Made by a program: the position numbers and the translations under genes
In this document: positions 63,120 to 64,000 of the stretch, one piece after another
Numbering within the stretch: position 1 is the first letter of the stretch
Layout of the letters: each line of letters begins with the position of its first letter
Source: Lingula anatina
Lineage: Eukaryota > Animalia > Brachiopoda
Length of the DNA: 64,000 nt
Assembly: GCA_051362555.1 (NCBI GenBank)
Contig: CM120640.1
Location: 71,092,788 to 71,156,787 of the forward strand
Direction: 5' to 3'
The notes under the pieces: model-generated
The model's input: the letters and a program-made list of their open reading frames with translations, nothing else
The model's database searches: none
What the model was told of the DNA's origin: nothing

Positions 63120-64000
63120 GTAAGTAAGAAACCATTTCAGAACAAGAAATGCCCATTTGCCAGCTGAAAAACATTTTTCTGTACTATTTATAAGAAATAT
63201 ACTGTTGAAAAAACACTATTAAATGAAATAAAGGAAGTTTTCAGGAGACCAAGCAAACACATTTTGCCAATTTGTGTAAAATGGACATACATCAGGCACA
63301 AGAAATACATTTTCCACTATTTTAGCTGGAATAAATACCATCTTTCATACACTTCACTCAAAGGCATTGGTGTACCAAGTGCACACAACTCAAAAATTAA
63401 TAAAAAGAAAAAAAAAAGAAAAAAAAAAGCAATCTGCTTGGATTGTGTTGGACCAAAAGCTCTTCCTAATAGACACTGCTGCACCTTCCAAGTCTGCTAG
63501 ATTTCCCTGGTGAAGTCATTGGCTGGTCTAATTAATGAGTTCTTGCCTAATAACAGCAGTAATCAGTGTCACGTCTGAAGTGCTCAAGAACAAATGGTAT
63601 CATGGGAAATGCCTTATTTCCTCAGAATGTTCAATGCCACGAGTCTTGCTAAGGGCTAGTATACTCAACTTGTAGCATTATTTTACATTACAAATCGGCA
63701 ACTTGACATCCTATTATTTCCTGGCCCATAAATCTCCACCACACCTTCAAACCATAGATATCATGTCAGTTTACCCTCGTCAACACCAGTGTGATGATAA
63801 TATAGAGAAAAACTCCACAAAAATTGGGTATATTTTGGGCATTCAATTAAAAAAAAGGTACTGAGGAAGAACTTCCTATATCGTTTGTTACTGAGAGTGA
63901 ATTCAGATTTAAACATTGTACCAGGTGGATCGATCTAACTCTATGGGGAACCTCACTAAATTGCATTCAATGTAATCAGCTTAATTGTCTGACATGTCTC

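Overview
AT-rich, intron-rich animal DNA, probably lophotrochozoan or molluscan (inference). By manual splicing I read six genes. (1) RTN4IP1 (- strand, 3' end runs off the window) is head-to-head with (2) a complete 10-exon QRSL1/GatA (+). (3) A two-coding-exon micro-gene (- strand, 17139-14276), invisible as a unit in the ORF track, encodes a 61-aa CD24/CD52-like precursor: signal peptide, tiny N-glycosylated peptide, GPI-type tail. (4) A secreted four-EF-hand protein (+) has two candidate terminal exons. (5) The last four coding exons of MINDY1/2 (-) are preceded by an intron of more than 35 kb that runs off the window. (6) A secreted six-cysteine (neuritin/DUF19-like) gene (+) is nested antisense in that intron, and one of its splice donors is multiplied 13-fold by a minisatellite. 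Mobile DNA includes a near-intact 5'-truncated L1/Tx1-type LINE with TSD, a decayed DIRS1-type element with intact ITR/ICR architecture, a RecQ-fragment TIR element (AcademH-like), several MITEs and minisatellites. The best lead is the CD24-like micro-gene, which lies convergent with QRSL1, where I recall CD24 lying in mammals. All gene models are manual and lack transcript support.
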